Of a stretch of 64,000 bases of DNA, positions 8,968 through 19,875 are shown in pieces (positions within the stretch are counted from its first letter, which is position 1; each line of letters opens with the position of its first letter). The DNA comes from an uncultured Muribaculaceae bacterium (GTDB lineage Bacteria; Bacteroidota; Bacteroidia; Bacteroidales; Muribaculaceae). The stretch covers positions 44,220-108,219 of the forward strand of contig CAMWRV010000001.1 of the NCBI GenBank assembly GCA_947176745.1, read 5' to 3'. The notes under the pieces are model-generated. The model was not told the origin of the DNA and did not search any database. It saw only the letters and a list, made by a program, of their open reading frames with translations. Made by a program: the position numbers and the translations under genes.

Positions 8968-8983
8968 GTGCTATATATAGCAC
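8968..8983. promoter_or_regulatory. Perfect 16-bp palindrome GTGCTATATATAGCAC in the divergent adh/GNAT intergenic region; candidate operator
   Basis: Read directly. The sequence is its own reverse complement. Confidence 0.4.
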
Positions 8984-9145
8984 TATTGTTATGTATAATG
9001 CCGTCTCTGTCGTTTCCTCCTGTGCGAAAATATGTAATGCAGTCCTGATGGCAGATCTGATGTTGATTACCGTTATATTTTCTGTTATATTTTCCGGTCA
9101 AATCCAAAAATATTTGTTATATTTGAAGGTTAAAAGTCTGTTAAA

Positions 9146-10417
9146 ATGGATCCCAAAGAACTTAAAAGCAAACTCGCTAAGTTATGGAAAGACACTTTCC
9201 ATGACTCTGACGATTATGTCTCGCTGATATTCGACAATTATTATGATCCCCGCTTTTCTGAATGTGAGGAAACCGGAGGCGATGTCGTGGCGGGACTGGT
9301 AGGTATTCCTTATGAGTTTGGAAATGCCTCGCACAAGATACGCGGACTCTATCTTTGTGGGCTTGCCACAAAGCCGCAATACCGTTCCCGAGGCATTATG
9401 ACGCGTCTGCTTGCGCGAGTCAACGACAAGGCGCGCGAGGAGGGTTTCGCGTTCACTTTCCTGATCCCCGCTGACGAGGGGCTGCGCAAGTATTACCGCG
9501 ACCGCGATTATGTCAATGCCTTCTACCGCGTAATAGATAATTATACATCTTTGCACGACTTTGACCGGGAGTATGAGTCCATTCTGATGGAGCAGAAAGA
9601 GAAGGTGGCGGAGCTGAAAAGACGCTATTTCTCGTCGCTCAGGGCATCTGTTTTTGACCGGATGGCCGACAATGCGGAGGAGGTCAGAGAGGGAATCAGG
9701 GCGTTGATAAGAAGTGTCGAGGATGTGCAGCAGGACCTTCAGTTAATTCACAGTGACCGCGACATCCGTCTTCTTATAAATGAAAATGTGATTGACCGGG
9801 GACAGATACATTACGTCTCAAATTCCGACGGCGAGATTACTGCCGTGGCATTCTCGACAGTTTCGGATGGAGCGGTCAAGGTTGCCAAACTTTTCTCTAC
9901 CGACATCGCGAGCAAATACAAGGTGCTTGGATCGGTCAAGACCGCTAATTCCGATCTGGCGATAAGACATTATGTCTCCTCCATCGAAATGGACCGGTCG
10001 GCTTTGTGGATGCGCACCTATGGGTCTTTTATGAAAGACGCGCCGCAGACCGGTGCTGTCTCGATTACCGAACGGGTATATTCTCTCGCTGCCCATGCAA
10101 AAGTTTATGGGATGGTCAGAATTCTCGATTTTTCTGAGATTTTAAAATTTCAGGCCGAGTGTAGGCGTGATCTAAAATATTCGATTCTCGTGAAAGCTGA
10201 TGACGCGGGTTCTTTCGAGCAGATAGAGGTCCGAGACGGCAAGCTTCGGATAAAAAATCTTGCATCCGATTCTCTGACTCATTCTCAGATAGCGCATGTG
10301 ATGTCGAAACGCGACATAGGGGAGATCCTTTTCCGAAGAAGCGATACGGATAATCTTATTACAGAAGCATTCGGCATTCCGTCGATCAATGCCTCGATAT
10401 GTCTGATGCTCGATTAG
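9146..10417 (+). CDS. GNAT-family N-acetyltransferase with a large C-terminal extension
   Basis: 423 aa. LCGLATKPQYRSRGIMTRLLARVNDKAREEGFAFTFLIP fits the acetyl-CoA-binding motif A (Q/RxxGxG/A). Confidence 0.7.
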   Translation: MDPKELKSKLAKLWKDTFHDSDDYVSLIFDNYYDPRFSECEETGGDVVAGLVGIPYEFGNASHKIRGLYLCGLATKPQYRSRGIMTRLLARVNDKAREEGFAFTFLIPADEGLRKYYRDRDYVNAFYRVIDNYTSLHDFDREYESILMEQKEKVAELKRRYFSSLRASVFDRMADNAEEVREGIRALIRSVEDVQQDLQLIHSDRDIRLLINENVIDRGQIHYVSNSDGEITAVAFSTVSDGAVKVAKLFSTDIASKYKVLGSVKTANSDLAIRHYVSSIEMDRSALWMRTYGSFMKDAPQTGAVSITERVYSLAAHAKVYGMVRILDFSEILKFQAECRRDLKYSILVKADDAGSFEQIEVRDGKLRIKNLASDSLTHSQIAHVMSKRDIGEILFRRSDTDNLITEAFGIPSINASICLMLD

Positions 10418-10477
10418 GACCCCATCCCACAAAAATGGAGTGCTGCTCTAAGAACGAAACTTATTAGATAGCTACCG

Positions 10478-10506
10478 GCTTCGGAGATTTCTCCGGAGCT
10501 TTTTTA
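10478..10506 (+). terminator. Rho-independent terminator of the GNAT gene
   Basis: Stem gcttcggag / ctccggagc (9 bp including one G-U pair), loop attt, followed by tttttt. Confidence 0.7.
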
Positions 10507-10512
10507 ATGCCC

Positions 10513-10547
10513 AGACCCCATCCCAAAAAAATTGTGGGATGAGGTCT
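10513..10547. repeat. Hairpin built from the GACCCCATCCCA(C)AAAAA motif that recurs in this window
   Basis: agaccccatccca aaaaaattg tgggatgaggtct forms a 13-bp stem with one mismatch. Half-copies lie at 10418-10436 and, inverted, at 50966-50985. Confidence 0.7.
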
Positions 10548-11474
10548 TATTTCTTTCAGTCTTCCAATGCCTGATATTTTGTCAGGCGTATGCATTATTG
10601 TTGCCGGAATATTCATTTTCATAAGAGAGGCTTCAGGTAATGACAATGAAATTGTGTTGTTCTGTCTGCGCATTCGATTGTATGGTCATATAGACCATCG
10701 TTACCGCCAGATAATACTGCTTTCTTTCTAAAATTGGCTATTTCTGTAGTAAATTATCAATAATTTTAGAATGGGCAATGAGTTGAAATACGTAGATTTA
10801 CTATTGTTTCGAACTGTTTTAAAGGCGTTGAGAATCGCTTGAAATCCGTAATCCCGACAATTCCTCGGGATTTTTAGAATCTCGTAACATCGGGCTTCAG
10901 AAAAATCGGTTGCCCCAAAATCCTTCTCAAAAGTAGGGGAGAGGTGTTTCCTGATCGTTTTCTAAAATTGGTCAAATTGGGATATGAACAGAGAGCAAAA
11001 TTCTGTCCGAATTAACTCTTTGCAAATATGAAATCTCAAAAGCATTCGTATCGTTTTAAATTGTAATATTTGCAATTGTAATTCGAGGTCTCTTTGTCAA
11101 GAATGAAAATAATTTCGATTTGACATATGGAAATTACATTATGAAAATTTACATTTGAATCACGATTGGAAATGTAAATTTATAGCTTTAACATTCTGTA
11201 ACATTAGATTTATATGTCTGAATATGAAGATGATAAGTCTAAATATAAAAGTTGTGACATGTAAAACAGAGCCAAAGCTGGGCATTTGAACATCTGATAA
11301 TAAAATTGAGTTGTATTCTTCTGAAATGTGAGTTCATATAGAGTATTGCTAAAGTATATTTTAACTTGTGGATCAGCAGATTGGTAGCGATTTTGCGGTG
11401 AGGTGTGATGGCTGTTTACAAAATACAATATATGTAAATGTGAAATTTAGTTTGTAAATTTGCAAAATTATTAT

Positions 11475-11482
11475 TACATTTG
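11475..11482 (+). promoter_or_regulatory. Bacteroidetes-type -7 promoter box (TAnnTTTG) for the HTH gene
   Basis: TACATTTG lies 31 nt upstream of the ATG at 11513. Confidence 0.5.
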
Positions 11483-11512
11483 CATCAAGATTACAAAGTT
11501 GAAATTTTAGAT

Positions 11513-12157
11513 ATGGATAACGACAATGTTGCGATTCGTCTAAAAGGGTTCATAGATTCTGAAGGCTTGTCGCACTCTCAGTTTGCCGATAAGTGTGGAA
11601 TACCTAAGCCGAGCCTGTCGCAGTTGCTCAGCGGAAGAAACAAGAAGGTCAGTGATGTGATTATTGGTCAGATTCACCGTGCATTCCCTGATCTGTCTGT
11701 TCTCTGGCTTTTGTTCGGTGAAGGAGGCATGAGAACGGCTGTGTCTTCCCGATCGACAGAGCAGGATACTGCAAGTGAATCGGAAGATTCATTTCGAGCT
11801 GCGCGATTCGGGCATGCCTCGTGTGAATGTTCGGGATCGGGAGACTCTTTTGCGGATGAAGAGGTTGCAGGGAGTGGCCGACTTCCCGAAAATGATTCCG
11901 ACAATGTTTTTTCAGGCTTCAAGGATGCGGGAATTGCGGGGGATTGTCCGGATGTTCGGAATTATTCAAACCTCAGAGCCTTAAATACCCCCTCTAAAGC
12001 ATTGCAAATTGCAGAAAAACAATTGCTTGATGCAGAAAATAAAATTGCGGAATTGCAAATGCAAATAGATAAAATGAGGCAAAATCCACGAAAAGTAACC
12101 CATATAACCGTATATTACGACGATTCTACCTTCGAGACGTTCTATTCGAAGTCTTGA
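11513..12157 (+). CDS. XRE-type helix-turn-helix protein with a disordered middle and a C-terminal coiled coil
   Basis: RLKGFIDSEGLSHSQFADKCGIPKPSLSQLLSGRNKKVSDVIIGQIHRAFPDLSVLWLLFGEG is an HTH_3-like domain. I place the start at MDNDNVAIRL rather than the upstream TTG. Confidence 0.75.
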   Translation: MDNDNVAIRLKGFIDSEGLSHSQFADKCGIPKPSLSQLLSGRNKKVSDVIIGQIHRAFPDLSVLWLLFGEGGMRTAVSSRSTEQDTASESEDSFRAARFGHASCECSGSGDSFADEEVAGSGRLPENDSDNVFSGFKDAGIAGDCPDVRNYSNLRALNTPSKALQIAEKQLLDAENKIAELQMQIDKMRQNPRKVTHITVYYDDSTFETFYSKS

Positions 12158-12170
12158 TTTGCTCGGATAA

Positions 12171-13451
<1,281 letters not shown>

Positions 13452-13470
13452 CATTCCCGGTTGATCAGCG

Positions 13471-14757
13471 TCAGCTGTCGCTGCGGTTCTTCAGTGCTTC
13501 GAGCCTTTCGGCCATCCTTGCCTCCTGCTGGTTATTGCCTGCCTGCCAGAATTCCTTATCGCGGATTCCGTCGGGCAGGTATTGTTGTTTTACATAATTG
13601 TCTGCATAATTATGTGCATATTTATAACCGTCGTGATACCCCATTTCCTTCATCAGACTTGTCGGAGCGTTGCGCAGATGAAGTGGTACAGGGAGGTTTC
13701 CTGATCTGCCGACTTCCTCAAGAGCAGCATCGATTGCGGCGTAGGCAGTATTGCTTTTCGGAGAGTTTGCAAGATAAATGGCGCACTCGGAAAGCACGAT
13801 TCTTCCCTCTGGCCATCCGATCTTGTTTATGGCGTCGAAAGCGGCGTTTGCAAGCAGAAGGGCGTTCGGATTGGCAAGGCCGATATCCTCGGCCGCGAGT
13901 ATGACAAGTCTGCGGGCAATGAATTTCGGATCCTCGCCTCCGGCCACCATCCGGGCGAGCCAGTAGACTGCGGCCTGCGGGTCGCTCCCTCTGATCGATT
14001 TGATGAACGCTGAGATTATATCATAGTGCATTTCTCCGTTACGGTCGTAGGCCGCCGGATTTTCCTGAAGGCTTTCGGTGACGTTGCGGTCATCGATCAC
14101 GACAGGATTGCCAGCCGGAGTCGCCTGTTCGATGAGGTCGAGAATGTTCAACAGTTTGCGCGCATCGCCTCCCGCGTATCTGAAAAGGGCGTTTTTCTCG
14201 CGAATTTCTATGCGTCTGGAGGCAAGAATCTCATCTTTCTTAAGGGCTCGGGCGAGCAGGTGCTCCATGCCGTCGGTGTCAAGCGGTTTCAGGGTGTAGA
14301 CCTGCGCACGCGAAAGAAGCGGGCGTATCACCTCGAACGACGGATTTTCAGTTGTCGCTCCGATCAGCGTGACCGTTCCTTTCTCCACGGCTCCGAGGAG
14401 TGAATCCTGCTGAGACTTGTTGAATCGGTGAATTTCGTCGATGAACAGGATGGGGCGTCCGTTTGCGAAGACACTGCGTGAGTCAGCCTCAGCGCGTTCG
14501 AGCACCTCGCGCACGTCTTTCACGCCCGAAGTCACTGCCGACAGCGTGTAGAACGGCACTTCCGTGCGTGCGGCCGTGATTCTGGCGAGAGTGGTCTTGC
14601 CCACTCCGGGAGGTCCCCAGAGAATAAAGGAATTGACGCGGCGACTCTCGATCATGCGGCGGATGATGCCGTCAGGACCAACCAGATGCTCCTGTCCGAT
14701 ATAGTCCTCCAGAGTGGAAGGCCGCAGTCTTTCGGCCAAAGGTATGGTGTTGTTCAT
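13471..14757 (-). CDS. rarA: Replication-associated recombination protein A (AAA+ ATPase RarA/MgsA)
   Basis: 428 aa. Walker A GPPGVGKTTLA, Walker [13 protein letters not shown], and a conserved MgsA C-terminal region (YDIISAFIKSIRGSDPQAAVYWLARM). Confidence 0.95.
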   Translation of the reverse strand: MNNTIPLAERLRPSTLEDYIGQEHLVGPDGIIRRMIESRRVNSFILWGPPGVGKTTLARITAARTEVPFYTLSAVTSGVKDVREVLERAEADSRSVFANGRPILFIDEIHRFNKSQQDSLLGAVEKGTVTLIGATTENPSFEVIRPLLSRAQVYTLKPLDTDGMEHLLARALKKDEILASRRIEIREKNALFRYAGGDARKLLNILDLIEQATPAGNPVVIDDRNVTESLQENPAAYDRNGEMHYDIISAFIKSIRGSDPQAAVYWLARMVAGGEDPKFIARRLVILAAEDIGLANPNALLLANAAFDAINKIGWPEGRIVLSECAIYLANSPKSNTAYAAIDAALEEVGRSGNLPVPLHLRNAPTSLMKEMGYHDGYKYAHNYADNYVKQQYLPDGIRDKEFWQAGNNQQEARMAERLEALKNRSDS

Positions 14758-15401
14758 CGGTTTCTGAGAATTTCAATTATGCTCTCTGTGTCGACATCGG
14801 CAAGTGTGCCGACACAGCGGTGGCAGAAGTCTCCGATCTGCGATTGCGGAAGCGTGGTGGTGAGTCCGACCACATATGCCCCCGCGGCCTGTCCGGCCTT
14901 GACTCCCTGTGCCGAGTCTTCGAACACCACACATCGGTGCGGATCGGCGTCGAGCAGTCTGGCTCCGAGCAGATAGCCCTCCGGATCAGGTTTCGACCGG
15001 CTGATCCTGTCGGCTGTCACGATGTCGTTGAAGTATGATTCAAGATGAGGTAGTTCTTCTCTGAGATGACGCATCTTCATATCGTTGCTGCTTGTCACCA
15101 GTGCGCACCCAATGCCGAGCGAGCGGAGAGTGTCAAGCATCTCCCGGGCACCCGGAAGCATTCTGTAGCGCATGCGCTGCTCCATGCTGTTGAGCATGTC
15201 GATGACCTTTGAGTGGATCTCCGGGCTGAAATTCGCATTGAGTATCTCGGGGAGGGTCTGGCCTTTTATTCTGATGGCGAAGTTTTCTATGCCGGTCGGG
15301 AAGTGTCGGTCGATCTCCTCCCATATGCGGGTGTACTCAGTCTCGCTGTCTATCAGGACTCCGTCAAGATCGAACAAAAAGCCGATATTGTCATTATTCA
15401 T
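14754..15401 (-). CDS. HAD-family hydrolase (beta-phosphoglucomutase/phosphatase-like)
   Basis: The real start is the internal ATG at 15401: MNNDNIGFLFDLDGVLIDSE (DxDGV motif I), then LVTSS (motif II) and FEDSAQGVKAGQAAG (motif IV). It overlaps the rarA start by ATGA. Confidence 0.85.
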   Translation of the reverse strand: MNNDNIGFLFDLDGVLIDSETEYTRIWEEIDRHFPTGIENFAIRIKGQTLPEILNANFSPEIHSKVIDMLNSMEQRMRYRMLPGAREMLDTLRSLGIGCALVTSSNDMKMRHLREELPHLESYFNDIVTADRISRSKPDPEGYLLGARLLDADPHRCVVFEDSAQGVKAGQAAGAYVVGLTTTLPQSQIGDFCHRCVGTLADVDTESIIEILRNR

Positions 15402-15618
15402 ATTGAATGCAGGTTTCTGGTTGAATGTAGGGTTCTGGATAAGTCGTCTTGCCGACTTCTGTGACCCGATGCCGCAGGCATGTGGCCACTGTGAAAACGT
15501 TTTTTGCGTTTCACTTATTTCAAAATCGGCCGCTTTGTTGCAACTATAGATAAAAAAAGGTAAATTTGTAGGTTGAAACATAACAGCGGCTTCTGATGCC
15601 GCATATGAGAAAGAAACA

Positions 15619-17220
15619 TTGGTCAGAGATATCACAATCAGGGTAGAACCCCGTCTGGCTGCCTCGCGCGACAAGTTGCTCGAAACGGTGGCCAAAGAGG
15701 CCGGAATCCCGGCCCGGTCTGTCAATGACATATGTATTGTCAGACGCTCGGTCGATGCCCGCAAGCGTCCGGTCATGCTCAATCTCACGGTCAGACTCGC
15801 CTCGGGCGAGGACAGTGAGGTCGTGCCTGCATTCCGGCCTGTGGAATACAAAAATGTGCCTGCCGACGCTCCACGTCTCCTTGTCGTTGGAGCAGGACCT
15901 GCCGGACTTTTTGCGGCTCTTGAGGCCATACGTCTCGGCATGCGCCCTATTGTAATCGAGCGGGGGCGTGATGTCGACGCGCGTCGGCTCGATCTCGCAG
16001 CCATAAGCAGGGAGAAAAAGATCAATCCGCAGTCGAACTATTGTTTCGGCGAAGGCGGTGCGGGAGCGTACAGCGACGGCAAGCTTTTTACAAGAAGCAA
16101 AAAGCGAGGATCTGTCGAGGAAGTGTTACAGACATTTGTGCAACATGGTGCCTCTCCGGATATTCTCGTTGACGCGCATCCTCACATCGGCAGCGACCGT
16201 CTTCCTCATGTTATCCGCGAGATGCGCCGCACTATTCTTGAATGCGGCGGCGAAGTCTTGTTCGAGACGTGTGTCGACGGACTTGTGACCGACGGCACGC
16301 GAGTCACCGGAGTAAGATGTGGTGAAGACACAATCCCCGGCGATGCCGTCATCCTGGCCACGGGACACTCGGCCCATGACACGTTCCGTATGCTCGCCGA
16401 TGCCGGAGTCGTGATGGAGGCCAAGGGCATAGCCGTCGGTGTGCGGCTGGAGCATCCGCAGGAGCTTGTCGACCGCATACAGTATCATTCTCCGTCGGGG
16501 CGCGGAAAATATCTTCCGGCTGCCGAATACAGTTTCGTCACTCAGGCCGAAGGACGCGGTGTCTATTCGTTCTGCATGTGTCCCGGCGGGGTGATAGTTC
16601 CGGCCGGAAGTTCGGACGGTGAACTTGTGGTAAACGGAATGTCGGCGTCGGCCCGGGCTGGCAGATGGGCGAATTCGGGTATGGTCGTCGAGATTCATCC
16701 GGGCGATTTTCCGGAGTTTTCATGCCATGGCCCGCTTGAGATGCTTGCGCTGCAGGAATCTTTCGAACGGCGCATGTTTGAGGCGGCAGGCGGCAGCATT
16801 GTCGCGCCCGCGCAGAGGATGCTTGATTTTGTGGAGGGACGAGTGTCTGACTCACTTCCGGCCACCTCTTATGCGCCCGGCTTGATGTCGTGCGACCTCA
16901 ACGCCATTCTTCCCCCGTTTATATCGCGCCGACTCCGCGCCGGCTTCCGCGACTTCGGCAGGAAGGCCCGCGGATTTCTGACTAACGACGCGGTCATGAT
17001 CGGTCTTGAGTCGCGCACATCCTCGCCTGTGAGGGTGATTCGTGACAATCTGTCTCTGCAAAGTGTCGGCATGACCGGACTTTTTCCGGCAGGAGAAGGC
17101 GCAGGATATGCCGGAGGAATAGTGTCGGCCGCTGTCGACGGAATACGTTGCGCGCGTGCGGCCGCAGGCATGACAGGCTCTGATAATTCAAATAAAGAAA
17201 CAGAAAATGACAATACTTAA
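15619..17220 (+). CDS. FAD-dependent oxidoreductase (COG2509-type FAD-dependent protein)
   Basis: 533 aa. Dinucleotide fold LLVVGAGPAGLFAALEA and C-terminal GLFPAGEGAGYAGGIVSAAVDG. The start is a TTG. Confidence 0.8.
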   Translation: MVRDITIRVEPRLAASRDKLLETVAKEAGIPARSVNDICIVRRSVDARKRPVMLNLTVRLASGEDSEVVPAFRPVEYKNVPADAPRLLVVGAGPAGLFAALEAIRLGMRPIVIERGRDVDARRLDLAAISREKKINPQSNYCFGEGGAGAYSDGKLFTRSKKRGSVEEVLQTFVQHGASPDILVDAHPHIGSDRLPHVIREMRRTILECGGEVLFETCVDGLVTDGTRVTGVRCGEDTIPGDAVILATGHSAHDTFRMLADAGVVMEAKGIAVGVRLEHPQELVDRIQYHSPSGRGKYLPAAEYSFVTQAEGRGVYSFCMCPGGVIVPAGSSDGELVVNGMSASARAGRWANSGMVVEIHPGDFPEFSCHGPLEMLALQESFERRMFEAAGGSIVAPAQRMLDFVEGRVSDSLPATSYAPGLMSCDLNAILPPFISRRLRAGFRDFGRKARGFLTNDAVMIGLESRTSSPVRVIRDNLSLQSVGMTGLFPAGEGAGYAGGIVSAAVDGIRCARAAAGMTGSDNSNKETENDNT

Positions 17221-17902
17221 TATTGAGACGTCCGGCAAGATCTGTTCCGTGGCGCTCACCCGCGACGGAGCACTCGAGATGCAGCTCGACGACCGCGAGG
17301 GAATGCAGCATGCCAACCGTCTCGCCCCGTTTGTCGAGCGGTGCATGGCGGAACTTCACCGCAAGGAGGAAAAACTCGACGCCGTAGCCGTCAGCATGGG
17401 GCCCGGCAGCTATACCGGTCTCAGGATCGGCCTGTCGCTTGCCAAGGGGCTTGCGTTCAGTCTCGGTGTGCCCCTCATCGGAGTCGACACTCTGAAGATA
17501 ATAGCGGTCAAAGCCATGTTCAGATCGATGGACTGGACGGGCGACGAGGTGCTCGTGCCGATGGTCGACGCCCGGCGCATGGAAGTGTTTACCGCTCCCT
17601 ATGATTTCGCTCTCAACGCGCTTGCCGAACCCGGCCCGATGATACTTGACAAAGATTCGTTTGCCGACCTTCTCGATTCCGGGCGGCAGCTCTGGTTCAT
17701 GGGTGACGGTGCGGAAAAGGCAAAGGAGGTGATAACACATCCGAATGCCCGGTGGATCGACGGGTTGCTTCCGCAGGCCAAGGATATGCTCGCTCTGTCG
17801 GAAAAAGCCATGCGCGAGGGTGATTTCCTCGACATCGCCTATTCCACACCGAATTATCTAAAGGCATACCAGACCACAAAACCAAGAAACCCGCTGGCGT
17901 GA
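17207..17902 (+). CDS. tsaB: tRNA threonylcarbamoyladenosine (t6A) biosynthesis protein TsaB
   Basis: 231 aa. ILNIETSGKICSVAL... and VSMGPGSYTGLRIGLSLAKGLA are the TsaB/YeaZ hallmark. Confidence 0.9.
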   Translation: MTILNIETSGKICSVALTRDGALEMQLDDREGMQHANRLAPFVERCMAELHRKEEKLDAVAVSMGPGSYTGLRIGLSLAKGLAFSLGVPLIGVDTLKIIAVKAMFRSMDWTGDEVLVPMVDARRMEVFTAPYDFALNALAEPGPMILDKDSFADLLDSGRQLWFMGDGAEKAKEVITHPNARWIDGLLPQAKDMLALSEKAMREGDFLDIAYSTPNYLKAYQTTKPRNPLA

Positions 17903-17931
17903 CGCCACGCCGGGCAAGTCAATCAAAACCG

Positions 17932-18534
17932 ATGAATATGTTACCATACAATACCGATATGGAGCCAGTGCTCCTTCCCGAATACGGACGACACATCCAG
18001 GGGCTCGTGGACTATTGCGTCTCGATTCCTGACCGCGACGAGCGCACGGCATGCGCTTATGCCATAGCCGACACAATGGCCGGCATTTTTCCCGAGCTTG
18101 TCGGAGATTCCAATGATTACTCCAAGATCTGGGATCAGATCAACATAATGTCGCGCTTCGAGCTTGACATCGATTTTCCCTGCGAGGTCATAACCGCTGA
18201 AAAACTGCATCCGAAACCAGCGAAGCTGCCCTACACTTCTTCGGCCATGCGATTCCGTCATTATGGCAAGAACATCGAGAAAATGATCTCTACTGTGGCC
18301 GCTCTCGATGAGGGTGAGGAGCGCGACGTGCTCATATCGATGCTTGCACATCACATGAAGAAGCTCATGCTGCAGCATAACCGCGAGGGGGTCGATGATG
18401 CGAAAATTCTGCGGGACCTCGCACTTTATTCCGAAGGCAGGATCGATCTCGACCCGCAGACATATCTGCTTCATGAATTCCGCGAGATCTCTCAGCCGCA
18501 GCCGCGTAACAATAAAAAGAAAAAAAGAAAATGA
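17932..18534 (+). CDS. DUF4290-family protein (conserved partner upstream of murA in Bacteroidetes)
   Basis: YNTDMEPVLLPEYGRHIQGLVDYCVSIPDRDERTACAYAI plus a K-rich C-terminus. It overlaps the murA start. Confidence 0.7.
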   Translation: MNMLPYNTDMEPVLLPEYGRHIQGLVDYCVSIPDRDERTACAYAIADTMAGIFPELVGDSNDYSKIWDQINIMSRFELDIDFPCEVITAEKLHPKPAKLPYTSSAMRFRHYGKNIEKMISTVAALDEGEERDVLISMLAHHMKKLMLQHNREGVDDAKILRDLALYSEGRIDLDPQTYLLHEFREISQPQPRNNKKKKRK

Positions 18535-19847
18535 GCAGCTTTATTGTCGAGGGAGGTCACTCGCTTCATGGCGAGATCTCGATCAAAGGCGCAAAGAACG
18601 AGGCGCTCGAAGTGATCTGTGCCACTCTTCTTACCTCGGAGAAAGTTATTATCTCGAATCTCCCGCAGATTTCAGATGTGCGCAATCTGATCGCTCTGCT
18701 GGCCGAGATGGGGGTAAAGGTGAAGTATATGACCCCTTCGGAGGTCGAGTTTCAGGCCGATGAGATAGATCTTTCCTATATCACCGGCGATCAGTTTCGA
18801 AAGAAGGCTGAATCTCTGCGAGGCTCGGTCATGGTGATGGGGCCTCTTGTTGCGCGTTTCGGCAAGGCCGTGATGCCTCGGCCGGGTGGCGACAAGATCG
18901 GTCGCCGTCGTCTTGACACTCATTTTGTGGGGCTTCAGAATCTCGGAGCACGGTTCAGTTATAATTCCGATACGCACACCTATCATATCGATGCTCCGGA
19001 GTCCGGCCTCAAGGGTTGCTACATGCTTCTCGATGAGGCTTCTGTGACCGGTACGGCCAATATCATAATGGCGGCGGTGCTTGCGAAGGGTGTCACTACT
19101 ATATATAATGCGGCATGCGAGCCTTATATTCAGCAACTGTGCCGTATGCTTGTCCGCATGGGTGCGGTGATCGACGGAATCGGCTCAAATCTGCTGCGAA
19201 TAACAGGTGTTGCCGAACTCGGAGGCACCGCTCATCAGCTTCTGCCCGACATGATAGAAGTCGGCAGTTTCATCGGCATGGCCGCCATGACGGGGTCCAA
19301 TCTGCTCCTGCGTGATGTCGCCACAGAAGAGCTCGGTATGTTGCCGACTGCTTTCAGCCGGATCGGTGTCAATCTCAAGATCGAAGGGAATGATATCCGC
19401 ATAGACCAGAAGGAGATTTATCGCATCGACGAGTTTATTGACGGTTCGATCATGACCGTCTCCGACGCCCCGTGGCCGGGACTGTCGCCCGACCTTCTCA
19501 GCATATTTCTTGTAGTGGCCACACAGGCCGAGGGATCGGTCATAATTCATCAGAAGATGTTTGAGAGCCGCCTCTTCTTTGTCGATAAACTCCTCGACAT
19601 GGGTGCACGGGTGATCCTCTGCGATCCCCACAGGGCTGTTGTCATCGGTGCGGGAAAATTCCATTCTCTGCGTGCCACCGACATGGTGTCGCCCGATATC
19701 CGCGCAGGTATCGCGATGCTTATAGCGGCGATGGGAGCGAGGGGTACAAGCCGGATACAGAACATAAACCAGATTGACCGCGGATACGAGAATATCGATC
19801 GGCGTCTCAACAAACTCGGCGCCAAAATCATTAGAATAGAAGATTAA
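18531..19847 (+). CDS. murA: UDP-N-acetylglucosamine 1-carboxyvinyltransferase
   Basis: 438 aa. ISIKGAKNEALEVICATLL and PGGDKIGRRRLDTH are present. This is the Asp-type active site (GGDKIG) seen in some MurA proteins. Confidence 0.93.
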   Translation: MSSFIVEGGHSLHGEISIKGAKNEALEVICATLLTSEKVIISNLPQISDVRNLIALLAEMGVKVKYMTPSEVEFQADEIDLSYITGDQFRKKAESLRGSVMVMGPLVARFGKAVMPRPGGDKIGRRRLDTHFVGLQNLGARFSYNSDTHTYHIDAPESGLKGCYMLLDEASVTGTANIIMAAVLAKGVTTIYNAACEPYIQQLCRMLVRMGAVIDGIGSNLLRITGVAELGGTAHQLLPDMIEVGSFIGMAAMTGSNLLLRDVATEELGMLPTAFSRIGVNLKIEGNDIRIDQKEIYRIDEFIDGSIMTVSDAPWPGLSPDLLSIFLVVATQAEGSVIIHQKMFESRLFFVDKLLDMGARVILCDPHRAVVIGAGKFHSLRATDMVSPDIRAGIAMLIAAMGARGTSRIQNINQIDRGYENIDRRLNKLGAKIIRIED

Positions 19848-19875
19848 TAGACCACATCCTACAAAAATAGACGTT

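Noticed and set aside
10464-10673. 69-aa minus-strand ORF, together with the 72-aa ORF at 11210-11428
   Set aside because: Both lie in the AT-rich non-coding stretch. They have odd composition and no start context, and they span terminator hairpins. I treat them as non-coding.
15402-16025. N-terminal 208 codons of track ORF 14754-16025
   Set aside because: This Arg/Ser/Ala/Thr-rich extension is antisense to the FAD-oxidoreductase gene. The HAD motif-I DLDGV lies just after the internal ATG at 15401, which is the natural start.
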